NCBI GenBank assembly: GCA_963677925.2
Contig: CAXXYH010000004.1
Span: forward strand, 2,432,001 to 2,496,000
Length of the DNA: 64,000 nt
From: Spirochaetia bacterium
GTDB taxonomy: Bacteria > Spirochaetota > Spirochaetia > UBA9216
Direction of reading: 5' to 3'
Shown: positions 29,215 to 39,445 of the stretch, in pieces
How positions within the stretch are numbered: position 1 is the stretch's first letter
Layout: each line of letters begins with the position of its first letter
The notes under the pieces: model-generated
The model's input: only the letters and a program-made list of their open reading frames with translations
Told to the model about the DNA's origin: nothing
Database searches by the model: none
Made by a program: the position numbers and the translations under genes

Positions 29215-30084
29215 ATGGAAAGAATCGTAAAATGCGGACATATTCAGGCCTCAAATGCTCTTGATACAGGCAGTGTAGCCGAAATCAAGGAGGCTATGAT
29301 TGCTAAACACATTCCATTAATTGAACAGGCCGGCAAACAGGGGGTGCAGATTCTTTGTCTGCAGGAAGTTTTCTGGGGACCTTATTTCTGTGCCGAGCAG
29401 GATATCAAGTGGTATGCTACTGCAGAGACTGTTCCCGGACCGACTACCGAAAGACTTTCGGAGTATGCGAAAAAATACAAAATGGTCCTGATTCTGCCTG
29501 TGTATGAAAAGACTCTGGAAGGCGTCTATTATAATACTGCAGCCGTTATTGATGCCGACGGAAAGTTTCTGGGTAAATTCCAGAAAATCCATATTCCGCA
29601 TACATGGCCCGGATTCTGGGAGAAATTCTACTTTAAACCGGGAAATGCAGGTTTTCCTGTTTTTGAAACAGCTTATGCTAAAATTGGAATTTTCATCTGT
29701 TATGACAGGCACTTCCCCGAATGTGCCAGAATTCTTGCACTGAACGGTGCGGAGATACTTTTTAACCCGTCAGCCACTGTCAGCGGAAAATCTCAGTATC
29801 TCTGGGAGCTTGAACAGCCGGCTCAGGCTGTTGCCAACGGTGTTTTTATCGGTGCCAATAACCGTGTGGGTGTCGAGAAACCCTGGGAAATTGGTAAATT
29901 CTACGGTTCAAGCTATTTTGTAGATCCCAGAGGAAAACTTCTTGTTAAAGGAAGCGAGGACAGTGATGAAATTGTTACTGCAGATCTTGATCTGGAGCAA
30001 ATACGTGAGGTACGCGACGGCTGGCAGTTTTTCAGAGACCGCAGACCTGAGACCTACTACGATATTTGTGACTTTCTTCCCTGA
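29215..30084 (+). CDS. Nitrilase-superfamily amidohydrolase, beta-ureidopropionase/N-carbamoyl amidase-like
   Basis: Catalytic triad in CLQEV, KIHIP, ICYDRHFPE; FWEKFYF; WQFFRDRRPETY. Confidence 0.85.
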   Translation: MERIVKCGHIQASNALDTGSVAEIKEAMIAKHIPLIEQAGKQGVQILCLQEVFWGPYFCAEQDIKWYATAETVPGPTTERLSEYAKKYKMVLILPVYEKTLEGVYYNTAAVIDADGKFLGKFQKIHIPHTWPGFWEKFYFKPGNAGFPVFETAYAKIGIFICYDRHFPECARILALNGAEILFNPSATVSGKSQYLWELEQPAQAVANGVFIGANNRVGVEKPWEIGKFYGSSYFVDPRGKLLVKGSEDSDEIVTADLDLEQIREVRDGWQFFRDRRPETYYDICDFLP

Positions 30085-30089
30085 GGTAA

Positions 30090-31346
30090 CTATTCATACC
30101 TCAGGGCTTCATGCGGTATAAGTTTTGCCGCTCTTGCCGCAGGATAAAAACCTGAAAGCAGGCCGGTAATTATTGAAAGCATTACTGCTGTTACAGCAGT
30201 TACCGGATTTATTATTACCGGCCATGCAGCGGCTTTTCCAATTATGACTGAGGCCAGGGCCGCTATGCCAAGTCCGCCCAGGCCTCCGCCGCCGCAAAGA
30301 ATAAGAGTTTCAATCAGAAACTGAAGCCTTATATCTGCCTGCCTTGCGCCCAACGCCTTTCTGATTCCAATTTCTCGGGTTCTTTCTTTTACTGATACCA
30401 GCATTATATTCATGATTCCTATAGCTGCCACCAGCAGAGCTATTCCGGCAAGTACTGCCACACCGGTTGTAATTGCAGATATTACGTTATTTATCATTTC
30501 AAGCTGCTCTTTCATTGACGTAACTGCAAACTTATCAAAACGGCTTTCCCATTTACCATGATTTTTAGCAAGCACCCGCAAAATCTCTTTTCTGGCTGCA
30601 GGTATATCTTCTATTGAAGTGGCTTTTGCCATAACATTCCAGTATTTTCCATCCCCACCGAACACCCTCTTAAACAGCGAGACCGGAACTACAAGAGCAT
30701 TATTAAAGGTCTGATCGGGGTCTGATAGCGACATAGTACCGGTTTTCTCTTTTTTGGCTAAGACTCCTACTATTTTCAGCGGTGTACCCAGAGCATATAT
30801 GTATTCACCGATAGGGTCTCTTCCCTGAAAGAATTCCTCCTTAATAGAGTAGCCAATCATTACAACCTTTGCCTGGTATTTAACCTCATCATCAGTGATG
30901 ACTCGACCTGAATAAAGACTGAAATCAACATACTCGATGTAGGCATCTGTTGTTCCTGTTACAGTTAGCTGCTTTACAATATCATTAACCTTGATTACAG
31001 ATCGCACCTGCTGAAGCGGGGCTATTGCCGTTACATGTTCTGCATACTTTTCCAGATCGTCTATATCCCTTGCAGTCAATGCTTCGGTTTTAAATGATCT
31101 GTTAAAGCTGTATGTCTGCCAGTTTACACCGACAGACAGGGCTGTAGGTGTAAGACCTTCGAACTCGTTCATTACAATGCTTCTTCCTCCCGCTCCCGCA
31201 GCAAGCACGGTTACAACAGAGGCTATTCCTATTATTATTCCAAGCAGGGTAAGGAAAGAACGGGATTTATTTGATACTACAGCTGAGAAGGCTTCATATA
31301 AAATCTCTCTGAAAGCTGCTTTATTATTAACTTTCTTTATTTTCAT
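30090..31346 (-). CDS. MacB/FtsX-like ABC permease
   Basis: [48 protein letters not shown]...EALRYE. Confidence 0.92.
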   Translation of the reverse strand: MKIKKVNNKAAFREILYEAFSAVVSNKSRSFLTLLGIIIGIASVVTVLAAGAGGRSIVMNEFEGLTPTALSVGVNWQTYSFNRSFKTEALTARDIDDLEKYAEHVTAIAPLQQVRSVIKVNDIVKQLTVTGTTDAYIEYVDFSLYSGRVITDDEVKYQAKVVMIGYSIKEEFFQGRDPIGEYIYALGTPLKIVGVLAKKEKTGTMSLSDPDQTFNNALVVPVSLFKRVFGGDGKYWNVMAKATSIEDIPAARKEILRVLAKNHGKWESRFDKFAVTSMKEQLEMINNVISAITTGVAVLAGIALLVAAIGIMNIMLVSVKERTREIGIRKALGARQADIRLQFLIETLILCGGGGLGGLGIAALASVIIGKAAAWPVIINPVTAVTAVMLSIITGLLSGFYPAARAAKLIPHEALRYE

Positions 31347-31347
31347 A

Positions 31348-32562
31348 TCAGTACTCTGACCTCAGGGCCTCAACCGGCATCAGTCTAGAAGCCTTCCATG
31401 CGGGGTAAATTCCGAAGATTATGCCGATAATACTGGATATTCCCAGGGCCCCGGCTACCATGACTGCGGGCAAAGCGAATTTCCATTCAAGAACAGAACA
31501 TGCAATTGCTGAGAGGCTGATACCGAATATTACACCGGTTCCTCCGCCGATAAGACAGAGAACTATAGCCTCAATAATGAACTGAATGATTATATCAGTT
31601 CTTGTAGCCCCGACAGCCATTCTGATACCTATTTCTCTGGTACGTTCAGTAACCGCAACCAGCATTATATTCATAATTCCAAGACCGCCGACTACCAGTG
31701 ATATTGATGCTATGACAAGAATAAGAGTAGAAATGATATTGAGAATGTTATCAGCCATATCCACATAGCTGTCGAGTCTCTCTATTCGAAACCTCGGATT
31801 GCCGCGAAGATCTCCATACTTTTTATTGAGATAGTTTGAAATTCTTTGTTCGGCAATATTTACATCATCAATGGTTTTGAATTTTAACAGGTATACCCAG
31901 TACTTTATGTTGATTCCTCCCCATATTTTAGAGGAGATGAAGTTTTCCGGTACGAAAATAGTGTTGTCATCAGAACCGTCACTTAAAAAATTATTGCTTA
32001 CTCTTTCTGTGATTCCGATAACTGTGTAATTTCTATTTCCGATTCTGACCTGCTTTCCAAGAGGCTGTTCAGAGTTGAACAGTTTTGCGGCTATGTCCGG
32101 ACGAAGAATACAGACCGGACGTCTGAGTTCAAGATCCTGCTGAATAAAAAGTCTTCCGTCAGAGATTTTAATATCAAAGATATCGAAGTATCCCGGTGAT
32201 GAACCGTAGACCATGGTTGTATAGTTTTCTCCCCGGTAAGAGGCCGTAAATCTTTGGTCAAAAATAGAGCCGGAATTCTGTAAACCAGGCAGTGCCTGCA
32301 GAAAATAATTGATATCTTTACGGTCCAGCAGGACTCTTCTTTCACCGTTTGCATATGATCGGGAATCGGGCTGAACCCATAGCATAGTTGAGCCATAGCG
32401 TCCAATCTCGTTTTCTATGGAATTCCGGAATGCAAGACCTACTACCGATATTGCAATCAGACAGCCGACTCCGAAATTAATTCCAAGAATTGTGAGAAAT
32501 GATCGAACCTTATTTCCGCCGATTACTCCGATTGATTCACGAAGCCCTTCGGTAAATTTCAT
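31348..32562 (-). CDS. MacB/FtsX-like ABC permease (second paralog)
   Basis: [41 protein letters not shown]...EALRSE. Confidence 0.92.
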   Translation of the reverse strand: MKFTEGLRESIGVIGGNKVRSFLTILGINFGVGCLIAISVVGLAFRNSIENEIGRYGSTMLWVQPDSRSYANGERRVLLDRKDINYFLQALPGLQNSGSIFDQRFTASYRGENYTTMVYGSSPGYFDIFDIKISDGRLFIQQDLELRRPVCILRPDIAAKLFNSEQPLGKQVRIGNRNYTVIGITERVSNNFLSDGSDDNTIFVPENFISSKIWGGINIKYWVYLLKFKTIDDVNIAEQRISNYLNKKYGDLRGNPRFRIERLDSYVDMADNILNIISTLILVIASISLVVGGLGIMNIMLVAVTERTREIGIRMAVGATRTDIIIQFIIEAIVLCLIGGGTGVIFGISLSAIACSVLEWKFALPAVMVAGALGISSIIGIIFGIYPAWKASRLMPVEALRSEY

Positions 32563-33341
32563 GATTCGCGGCTCCGGGAATGACTGTCGATTACGTGGCT
32601 CAGTTCGGAGTTCTCTGTGTCCGGCATGCTGTTCAGACTGGCAAGAGCATTGCTGGGATTCTTTATTGCTTCATCAGCCTGTATACTTCCATCGCTTAAT
32701 CTGATAATTCTATCCCCGTGCATCGCGATATCCATTTCATGGGTAACCATAACAATCGTTGCCCCTTCGGCATGAAGATTCTGAAACAGGGCCATGATGG
32801 ACAGTCCGGTTTTTGAGTCAAGATTTCCGGTGGGTTCATCGGCAAATATTATGTCCGGGCTGTTTACAAGAGCCCGGGCTATTGCGACCCGTTGCCGCTG
32901 TCCGCCTGACAGCTCATTCGGTTTATGTGACGCACGGTCTGACAGCCCGACGCGTTCCAGCGCCTCATCTGCCTTTGCTTTTCGCTCTGCAGCAGAGTAG
33001 CCGGAATATATCAGGGGAAGTTCAACATTTCTTCTTGCAGATATTCTTGGCAGCAGATTAAATGTCTGAAATACAAAACCGATTCTTCGGTTCCTGACCT
33101 CTGCAAGTTCATTGTCACTGAGTTTTGATACATTGCTGCCGTTAAGAAAATAATCGCCGGAATTCGGCCGGTCAAGGCAGCCTATTATATTCATAAGAGT
33201 GGATTTTCCTGAACCGGAGGCTCCCATTATGCATACGAACTCATGCTCGTTAATTATGAGATTTATATCTTTCAGGGCATGAACATTCATCAATCCCATC
33301 GAATAGGTTTTCTCGATACTTTCAAGTCTTATAATTTCCAA
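32559..33341 (-). CDS. MacB/LolD-type ABC ATP-binding protein
   Basis: [37 protein letters not shown]. Confidence 0.95.
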   Translation of the reverse strand: MEIIRLESIEKTYSMGLMNVHALKDINLIINEHEFVCIMGASGSGKSTLMNIIGCLDRPNSGDYFLNGSNVSKLSDNELAEVRNRRIGFVFQTFNLLPRISARRNVELPLIYSGYSAAERKAKADEALERVGLSDRASHKPNELSGGQRQRVAIARALVNSPDIIFADEPTGNLDSKTGLSIMALFQNLHAEGATIVMVTHEMDIAMHGDRIIRLSDGSIQADEAIKNPSNALASLNSMPDTENSELSHVIDSHSRSRES

Positions 33342-33344
33342 TTT

Positions 33345-34622
33345 CTAAACCCCGTCTTTTTTCTCCGGAGCAGCCTGCTTAACTTCCATATCCAGATAAT
33401 TAGCCGCATCTGCTCCGCTGATAATGATATCACCGCTGTTTAGTCCTGAAATTATTTCAACTGTTTCTATATCAAGTATGCCTGTTGTGACTTCTCTTTT
33501 TTCTACCTTATACACATCAGAACCTTCATATTCTGCAACGAGGAGGGCTGCGTAACTCTGTCCTTTATCCATGAAAAAAGCATCAATCGGTATTGAAACA
33601 GCATTATCCTTTTTTTCTACAGTAATAAAAATTGACGCACTTGCACCTATTCTTGCTATATTATCCGGGTTTTCAAGAAGTTCAACTTCAACCTCGCAGA
33701 CTCTGGTGTTGTCAATATTTTTTATAATGGGAGCAATACGGCTTACACGTCCTTTTATTTCACTTCCAATGAAGGAATCGGAGGTGACAGTCACATCCTG
33801 ACCGGTTCTGATGTAAGACAGATCTACTTCATCTACCAGCGCTTTTACTACAAGCAGGTTGAGATCATGAATTACTGCGAACACAGAACCGGGTTCAACA
33901 ACACTGCTGTCTTCAACCGCAAGAGTGGTGATTGTTCCGTCAATTTCAGCTTTTATCCTGTAATATTTAAGGTTTTCGCTGATGTTCTGATAATCAATCG
34001 TGGCTTTTCTGACTTCGGGAGAATCGTTCACTATTGCCTCATCACTTCTGAAAAAGTTTTCCCTCATGTCCGCAAGTGGTCTGCCTTCCCGAAAATTGAC
34101 GCGCTGTCTGGCAGAATCAAGAGCCTGCTCGGCAACAAACAGTTTTTCTTCTGCCATACGGAAGGCTTCATCACTGATTGACCCTATCTTATGCAGCTCA
34201 GAAGAACGCTCATAATCACGTTTTGCCTGATCCCTCCCGGTTAAAGCTGAAGAGTAGGAGGAGCGAAGTGAAAGAAGTTCCCCTCTGACAGACATTCTTG
34301 CGTTTGCAAGAGTATTTTCAGAGATTACAAGATTATTCTCAAGGCTTTCCCTATCAAGACTGAGCAGAATTTCTTCAGCCAGAATATGGTCTCCTTCTTC
34401 AAAATAAACCTGTTCCACAGCGGCAGTAACCGCCGAGAACAGCTGTTTATGATGTTTTGATGAGATTTCTCCGTTAGCGGTTACTTCTCTGAGAAAATCC
34501 GCAGTTTCAACAACCGCGGTTTGTACCTCAGGAAGCCTGGCAGTGTTCTTCTTAATAATGCTCAGGGTTATTATTGCAGCAAGAATAACTGATGCTGCAA
34601 TTATTATGACCTTCTTTTTCAT
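33345..34622 (-). CDS. Efflux periplasmic adaptor (MacA/HlyD-like)
   Basis: N-terminal TM, lipoyl-hairpin-lipoyl pattern, IKAEIDGTI, VDEVDL...GQDV. Confidence 0.88.
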   Translation of the reverse strand: MKKKVIIIAASVILAAIITLSIIKKNTARLPEVQTAVVETADFLREVTANGEISSKHHKQLFSAVTAAVEQVYFEEGDHILAEEILLSLDRESLENNLVISENTLANARMSVRGELLSLRSSYSSALTGRDQAKRDYERSSELHKIGSISDEAFRMAEEKLFVAEQALDSARQRVNFREGRPLADMRENFFRSDEAIVNDSPEVRKATIDYQNISENLKYYRIKAEIDGTITTLAVEDSSVVEPGSVFAVIHDLNLLVVKALVDEVDLSYIRTGQDVTVTSDSFIGSEIKGRVSRIAPIIKNIDNTRVCEVEVELLENPDNIARIGASASIFITVEKKDNAVSIPIDAFFMDKGQSYAALLVAEYEGSDVYKVEKREVTTGILDIETVEIISGLNSGDIIISGADAANYLDMEVKQAAPEKKDGV

Positions 34623-36106
34623 TAGTTTTTCTCCATGTCAGGTTCCAGCATTTCAAGCAGATCGAGGCCTGATATTTTATAAATTTCCAGCATCGTTTTG
34701 ATAATTTCAGCACGATTGCTGAATACCGAGAGCTTCGCGTTCTCAAGGTTTATCTGTGTTTCAAATAATTCTTTTCTTGTCGCTGTGCCCAGACTGAATT
34801 CCGCCTCTGTTTTTTCCAGTTCAAATTCAGCTGTCTCTACCTGCAGAATATAGATTTCATCAAGTCTAACGTTTACCCTGATGCTGTCGGTCAGGGCCTG
34901 GAATTCAGCTATTGTGGATTTAATTTGTTCATCAAGCAGATAGCCGGCCCTTTCGGCCTCTGATTCTGCTGCCTTCTGGCCGGAACTGTTCCATTTTCTT
35001 ATTGGAGGTGCAGACATGGAAAGTGTGAAACTCAGAGTATCAGCTGCGTAGTCATTGTCAATACCGTTATCTACTGAGTATTCTGCTGAAGCATTTAGAT
35101 TGAAATGCCTGTCTTTTTTCTCCAATACAGTATTTGATTCTGCGGATGAATAGGTCAGCTTTGCGACTTTTATATCCGGTGATGATTCATGTAGATTCTT
35201 TTCAAGAAGGGCTATTTCAGAATCGTTTATTTCAAGTAAACTGATTTGATCAAGAACCTTATCTGAGGACTCAATGCCGTAGAGGTTTAAAATCTGCTGT
35301 CGAATAAGATTCCGACTTCTTTCTGCTTTAAGCAGGTCGGTCTCTGACTGGAGCATTGCGGCTTTCGCAGAGTTTAGTTGAGATTTTGTCCAATAGCCGA
35401 GTTCAAACTCCCGTTCTATTTTTCTGTACTCCTCCCTGTATCCTTCCAGTCTGCTTTTTATAAGAGTAACCTGGTATCCGGTAATAGACTGATTCAGGTA
35501 GTCATTTGCAGCCTTGATGACAAGCAGATTCCGGTTATTAAGGTATCCGGCTTCAGATATCTTAAAGCTGTTTGAGACAAGTGTTTCTGATGCCTTATAG
35601 ATATTATCGGTTGTGAGCGGCTGGGTGAAACTCAGTCCCAAATCCAGTGAGTTTATATATTCACCGTCAGATTGAGGATAGGATGGATAGGTTGATTCTT
35701 CTATACCGCTATATGATATCGAATCTGATACAGAGCCGCTGAGTGTTCCTGAGCTGGGCAGGAGCTGAGAGAAGCTGATTTCAGGGCCTGCATAGTAGGT
35801 ATAATTATTTTTGATTTCTATGCCTTCAGCGTAGCGGGTGTTAAAGTTGTCGCTTCCACCGCCTGTCAGATTAAAATTCAGCTCAGGAAATACAGAAGAT
35901 TTTGAGTTTTTATATTCAAAGTCAGATCGGTTTAAATATTCCTGGTTGGCAGCATAGGCTGGATGATTTTTCACCATAGCTTTCAGAAATGCAGATAGTC
36001 CGGGTATATTTTCCAAAATATCAGTCTGAGTCTGGAAATCTCCGGTTTCTGAATATACCGGGAGAGTTAGAATAAATAACGATAAAAGAATTAATATTTT
36101 TTTCAT
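34622..36106 (-). CDS. TolC family outer membrane factor
   Basis: Signal peptide, two OEP-like repeats (PELNF; EFELGYWT and EFSLGTAT), operon context. Confidence 0.75.
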   Translation of the reverse strand: MKKILILLSLFILTLPVYSETGDFQTQTDILENIPGLSAFLKAMVKNHPAYAANQEYLNRSDFEYKNSKSSVFPELNFNLTGGGSDNFNTRYAEGIEIKNNYTYYAGPEISFSQLLPSSGTLSGSVSDSISYSGIEESTYPSYPQSDGEYINSLDLGLSFTQPLTTDNIYKASETLVSNSFKISEAGYLNNRNLLVIKAANDYLNQSITGYQVTLIKSRLEGYREEYRKIEREFELGYWTKSQLNSAKAAMLQSETDLLKAERSRNLIRQQILNLYGIESSDKVLDQISLLEINDSEIALLEKNLHESSPDIKVAKLTYSSAESNTVLEKKDRHFNLNASAEYSVDNGIDNDYAADTLSFTLSMSAPPIRKWNSSGQKAAESEAERAGYLLDEQIKSTIAEFQALTDSIRVNVRLDEIYILQVETAEFELEKTEAEFSLGTATRKELFETQINLENAKLSVFSNRAEIIKTMLEIYKISGLDLLEMLEPDMEKN

Positions 36107-36115
36107 TGTTTACCT

Positions 36116-36877
36116 TTAAAACAGGCTTGTTAAAGCCAGACCTACCGCAATGAGCAGAACCGCCATAATGATGGTAATCGGCAGGGTTTTTCGATGTTCA
36201 ATTCCGCAGGAATATCTTAAGCCTGCATATACAAATCCGTAGTAAAGCCAGTTAAAAATATCCGTCAGTGTATCAACAAGATATATGAGTGCGGTTCCTG
36301 TTTTCCCGGGAGAAAAGAGCACTGCAAGGCTTATCTGTGAGCTCAATGCATATTGAAGATCGGCGGTTGTCATTACTCCGGCAAGAACCCTTTCATAGTC
36401 AGTTACAAGAGTGATGATATTCTTGATCAGCATCTGAGCAATGCTGATCACTGATACAAAGACTATGATTTTAAACAGGTGACCGAATTTAGGTTTTTCT
36501 CTGAAAATAAGTGTAAGAATTTTTAAAAGCACCACTGTTAAAAGTATGGTAAGCAGGTAAGCTATTGAACCTCCAATCGTTGTTGATATCAGGCTGATAG
36601 TTTTAGTTGCGGGAGAGTTGAGGCTTTGGCTTACCTGTTCTTTCTGTGAGTCGCTCATAACACCGCCGCGCTCCTCAAGAACCTTGAGCTGAACTCTTAC
36701 CATAGCATCTGAATAGGCTTTACTGTTTAGTATCGGGATAAGCAGGGTAGATACAATAAGTGCAAAAATAATAATGATGAATACCGGAAGCAGAATTTTA
36801 GTTTTATCATTAACTTTACTGAAACCTGATTCCGGAGATGTGAAAATGCTGAACCAAAGAGAAATAGTGTTTTTCAT
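36116..36877 (-). CDS. Yip1-family membrane protein (YknW-like exporter accessory)
   Basis: SIFTSPESGF start, multiple TMs, DIFNW motif; first gene of a MacAB-type operon. Confidence 0.7.
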   Translation of the reverse strand: MKNTISLWFSIFTSPESGFSKVNDKTKILLPVFIIIIFALIVSTLLIPILNSKAYSDAMVRVQLKVLEERGGVMSDSQKEQVSQSLNSPATKTISLISTTIGGSIAYLLTILLTVVLLKILTLIFREKPKFGHLFKIIVFVSVISIAQMLIKNIITLVTDYERVLAGVMTTADLQYALSSQISLAVLFSPGKTGTALIYLVDTLTDIFNWLYYGFVYAGLRYSCGIEHRKTLPITIIMAVLLIAVGLALTSLF

Positions 36878-36945
36878 TTTTTACCTTCCTGAATATTTAC
36901 TTTCAATTATTAAACACAGTATATCACAAAAAATATTCAAAAAAA

Positions 36946-36975
36946 ATTAGTGTACTAAACATATAGTACACTAAT
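36946..36975. promoter_or_regulatory. Perfect inverted repeat, YtrA/GntR-type operator of the Yip1-TolC-Mac operon
   Basis: ATTAGTGTACTA-N6-TAGTACACTAAT, ~70 nt upstream of the Yip1 start. Confidence 0.7.
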
Positions 36976-37011
36976 AAGGTAAAACGTATTCCTCTTTATG
37001 TCAACCGGAAT

Positions 37012-37359
37012 CTACACGGTTATAATTTCATATCCCTTATTCTGGTAATCCAGGATTGAAGGGTGGCCGTACAGTGAAGATTCCAGAGTATAACCGTGCT
37101 GTTTTGCATATTCCAGAGTTCCCATCTTGTTTGCACATGCCTGACACACTGAAATCAGTTCTGTATTTTCTTTAAGCCTGCTGTAAATTTTAAGAAAAGG
37201 GTTGCTCTCAGAATCCAGGGCCGGGAGCAGAGATGTTGAGCGCCCTTCGATTATAATCTTTACTTCATATCCTTCCGAAAGCATTTGTTCCGCATTGAAA
37301 AGAATATGAGCGAAACACATAAGCTCACCTGTAAATCCGAAAAATGCTATTTTTTTCAA
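37012..37359 (-). CDS. DsrE-like small cytoplasmic protein
   Basis: GELMCFAH, KIIIEG, VCQACA, GHPS, GYEIITV; TTG start with GGAGG RBS. Confidence 0.75.
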   Translation of the reverse strand: MKKIAFFGFTGELMCFAHILFNAEQMLSEGYEVKIIIEGRSTSLLPALDSESNPFLKIYSRLKENTELISVCQACANKMGTLEYAKQHGYTLESSLYGHPSILDYQNKGYEIITV

Positions 37360-37488
37360 ATGAAACCTCCATAAAAGTTAAAAGAATGTAATAAAATTTG
37401 AACTATCCGTTATTATAGCATAATTCTATTGAAATATAGAATTCTGAGTTGTATAATAAAGCACCGTACAGACAAAGGGGATATCATA

Positions 37489-37953
37489 ATGAAGATTGAC
37501 AAACTTGATACCGAGATTATCAAGCTTCTGCAGAAAGACGGCAGAATGAAAAGTAAAACCATGAGTAAGATTCTCGGTGTTTCTGAGACTACTATCCGTA
37601 ACAGGCTTGGAAAACTTCTTGAAGAAGATGTGATTCAGATAGTTGCGGTTGCTGACCCTCATAAGATAGGTTATGAGATAGTAGGTAGTTTCAAACTGCA
37701 GGTTGATCCAATAAAAATTGAAAATGTAATAAGTGAGCTGGGGAAAATTGAAGAAATCTGGTATATCGCAAAAGCGACTGGCAGTGTAGATATTGTCACT
37801 GAATTTAATGTGAAATCAATGAATGCTCTCAACGACCTTATTTATAACAGACTGGTTAAAATTGACGGAATAACAAAAACCGAGACATCAATAATTATGA
37901 ATTATGAAAAACGTGATTATGCATGGGGTACCGGTATTTCAATTCCTGAATAG
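37489..37953 (+). CDS. Lrp/AsnC family transcriptional regulator
   Basis: IDKLDTEIIKLLQKDGR, LGVSETTIRNRL HTH, TGSVD RAM-domain motif. Confidence 0.92.
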   Translation: MKIDKLDTEIIKLLQKDGRMKSKTMSKILGVSETTIRNRLGKLLEEDVIQIVAVADPHKIGYEIVGSFKLQVDPIKIENVISELGKIEEIWYIAKATGSVDIVTEFNVKSMNALNDLIYNRLVKIDGITKTETSIIMNYEKRDYAWGTGISIPE

Positions 37954-37985
37954 TCTGTATTCCAGTAAAAATGAATATCTATTAG

Positions 37986-38015
37986 AAAAATGCGGCCTTG
38001 GAGGTCGCATTTTTT
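37986..38015 (+). terminator. Bidirectional hairpin terminator after the Lrp gene
   Basis: AAAAATGCGGCC-TTGGA-GGTCGCATTTTTT. Confidence 0.7.
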
Positions 38016-38120
38016 GAATTTATACAATTTTACATATTTAACATTTGTTTTACCTACCATTAACCGCATAAAATTAAGCAGGTAATAGATTATATACAGA
38101 CCGATTTACAGGAGTATAAG

Positions 38121-39419
38121 ATGAAAAGAAGTCTTTTAACTGGACTCATTTTATTTTGTGTATTTTTCATTCAAACGGTCTCGGCAGAGGAGAGAACTAT
38201 TTCAATAGAAGAATCACTGACCCTCGCGCTTGAGAACAATGCCGATTTGATTGATGCATCAATATCACTTGAAAGCTCAAAAAGAGCTGAAAGATACAGC
38301 TGGAATAATTACCTGCCTGCGCTTACCGCATCACTCAGACTGGCCGGTAATGCGGCATCAGAGAGTTTATCAACCACCTTAACCCCGGGTTTTTCATTAA
38401 GTTATTCTCTAAACCCGGGAATTGCTCAAACCATTTTGCAGCTGCAGCTTGCAGTCGAAAAAGAAGAGATAAGTTTTGAAAGTGCAAGGATCAGCCTGAT
38501 AATGAGTGTTGAAACAGAATTCTATTATCTATTGACAGCTGAGAGCAATCTTGAAATTGAAAAAAACAACATTGAACTGGCTAAAAAGCAGTTTGAACAG
38601 ACAACTGCAAAATATAACAGCGGGATGGCTTCTGAGCTCCAGGTTCTGCAGGCTCGTGTAAATGTTGAAAACCTTAAGCCCTCATACAGTTCCCTGGTTT
38701 CAAGTTACAATAACCGGTTGAAGGAGTTTTTGCTTGTTCTGGGCCTTGATCCACAGGAAGATGTAAAACTTTCCGGAAGTCTTGAGTTTGAAGATATTGT
38801 TCCCGATTCTGAAGCTCTTATAAGCGAATATCTTATGAACCGGACAGATATAAGGACCAATCAGAAAAACCTTGAAGTTCTGAACAGTAATTTAAAGCTT
38901 GCAAATGCTAACGGATTTTCGCCGACCTTTTCATTATCAGCTTCATGGAGTGATGCCGTTTCTGATCCGTTTTCCGGTGATACATGGAGCAGCCGCAGTT
39001 ACGGCGGAAGCACCTCTGTAAGTCTGGGTGTAAGCCTCGGACTTGATGATTTTATTCCGGGTTCATCAACAAAGGTTAATATAGAAGAGATTAAGGATTC
39101 AATAAGTCAGGCTGAACTTGCTTTGAGCAGTCTTGTTCAGGAGGCTGAGCTTGAAGTTTTAAATCTTATCGATTCAATTAATACTGATAAGGAAAATGTT
39201 GAGTTATCCAAACTGAATCTGGAGCTTGCACAGAAATCATACGATATGACAGCAAGAAGTTTCGAGCGAGGAACCACAGATCGAATTACACTTGATGATT
39301 CCCAGCAGGATCTGCTTACAGCTCAGCAGAACCTTATCGAAAGCAGATATGAATACCTTGCAGATCTTATAAGCCTGAGCGGTGCGCTTGGTCTTGATTC
39401 TATAGAATATCTAAAGTAA
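38121..39419 (+). CDS. TolC family outer membrane factor
   Basis: Signal peptide, LALENN, YNSGMASELQVLQA, FERGTTD. Confidence 0.88.
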   Translation: MKRSLLTGLILFCVFFIQTVSAEERTISIEESLTLALENNADLIDASISLESSKRAERYSWNNYLPALTASLRLAGNAASESLSTTLTPGFSLSYSLNPGIAQTILQLQLAVEKEEISFESARISLIMSVETEFYYLLTAESNLEIEKNNIELAKKQFEQTTAKYNSGMASELQVLQARVNVENLKPSYSSLVSSYNNRLKEFLLVLGLDPQEDVKLSGSLEFEDIVPDSEALISEYLMNRTDIRTNQKNLEVLNSNLKLANANGFSPTFSLSASWSDAVSDPFSGDTWSSRSYGGSTSVSLGVSLGLDDFIPGSSTKVNIEEIKDSISQAELALSSLVQEAELEVLNLIDSINTDKENVELSKLNLELAQKSYDMTARSFERGTTDRITLDDSQQDLLTAQQNLIESRYEYLADLISLSGALGLDSIEYLK

Positions 39420-39445
39420 CCAGTTAGCTGGATAAGGAGAAATTT

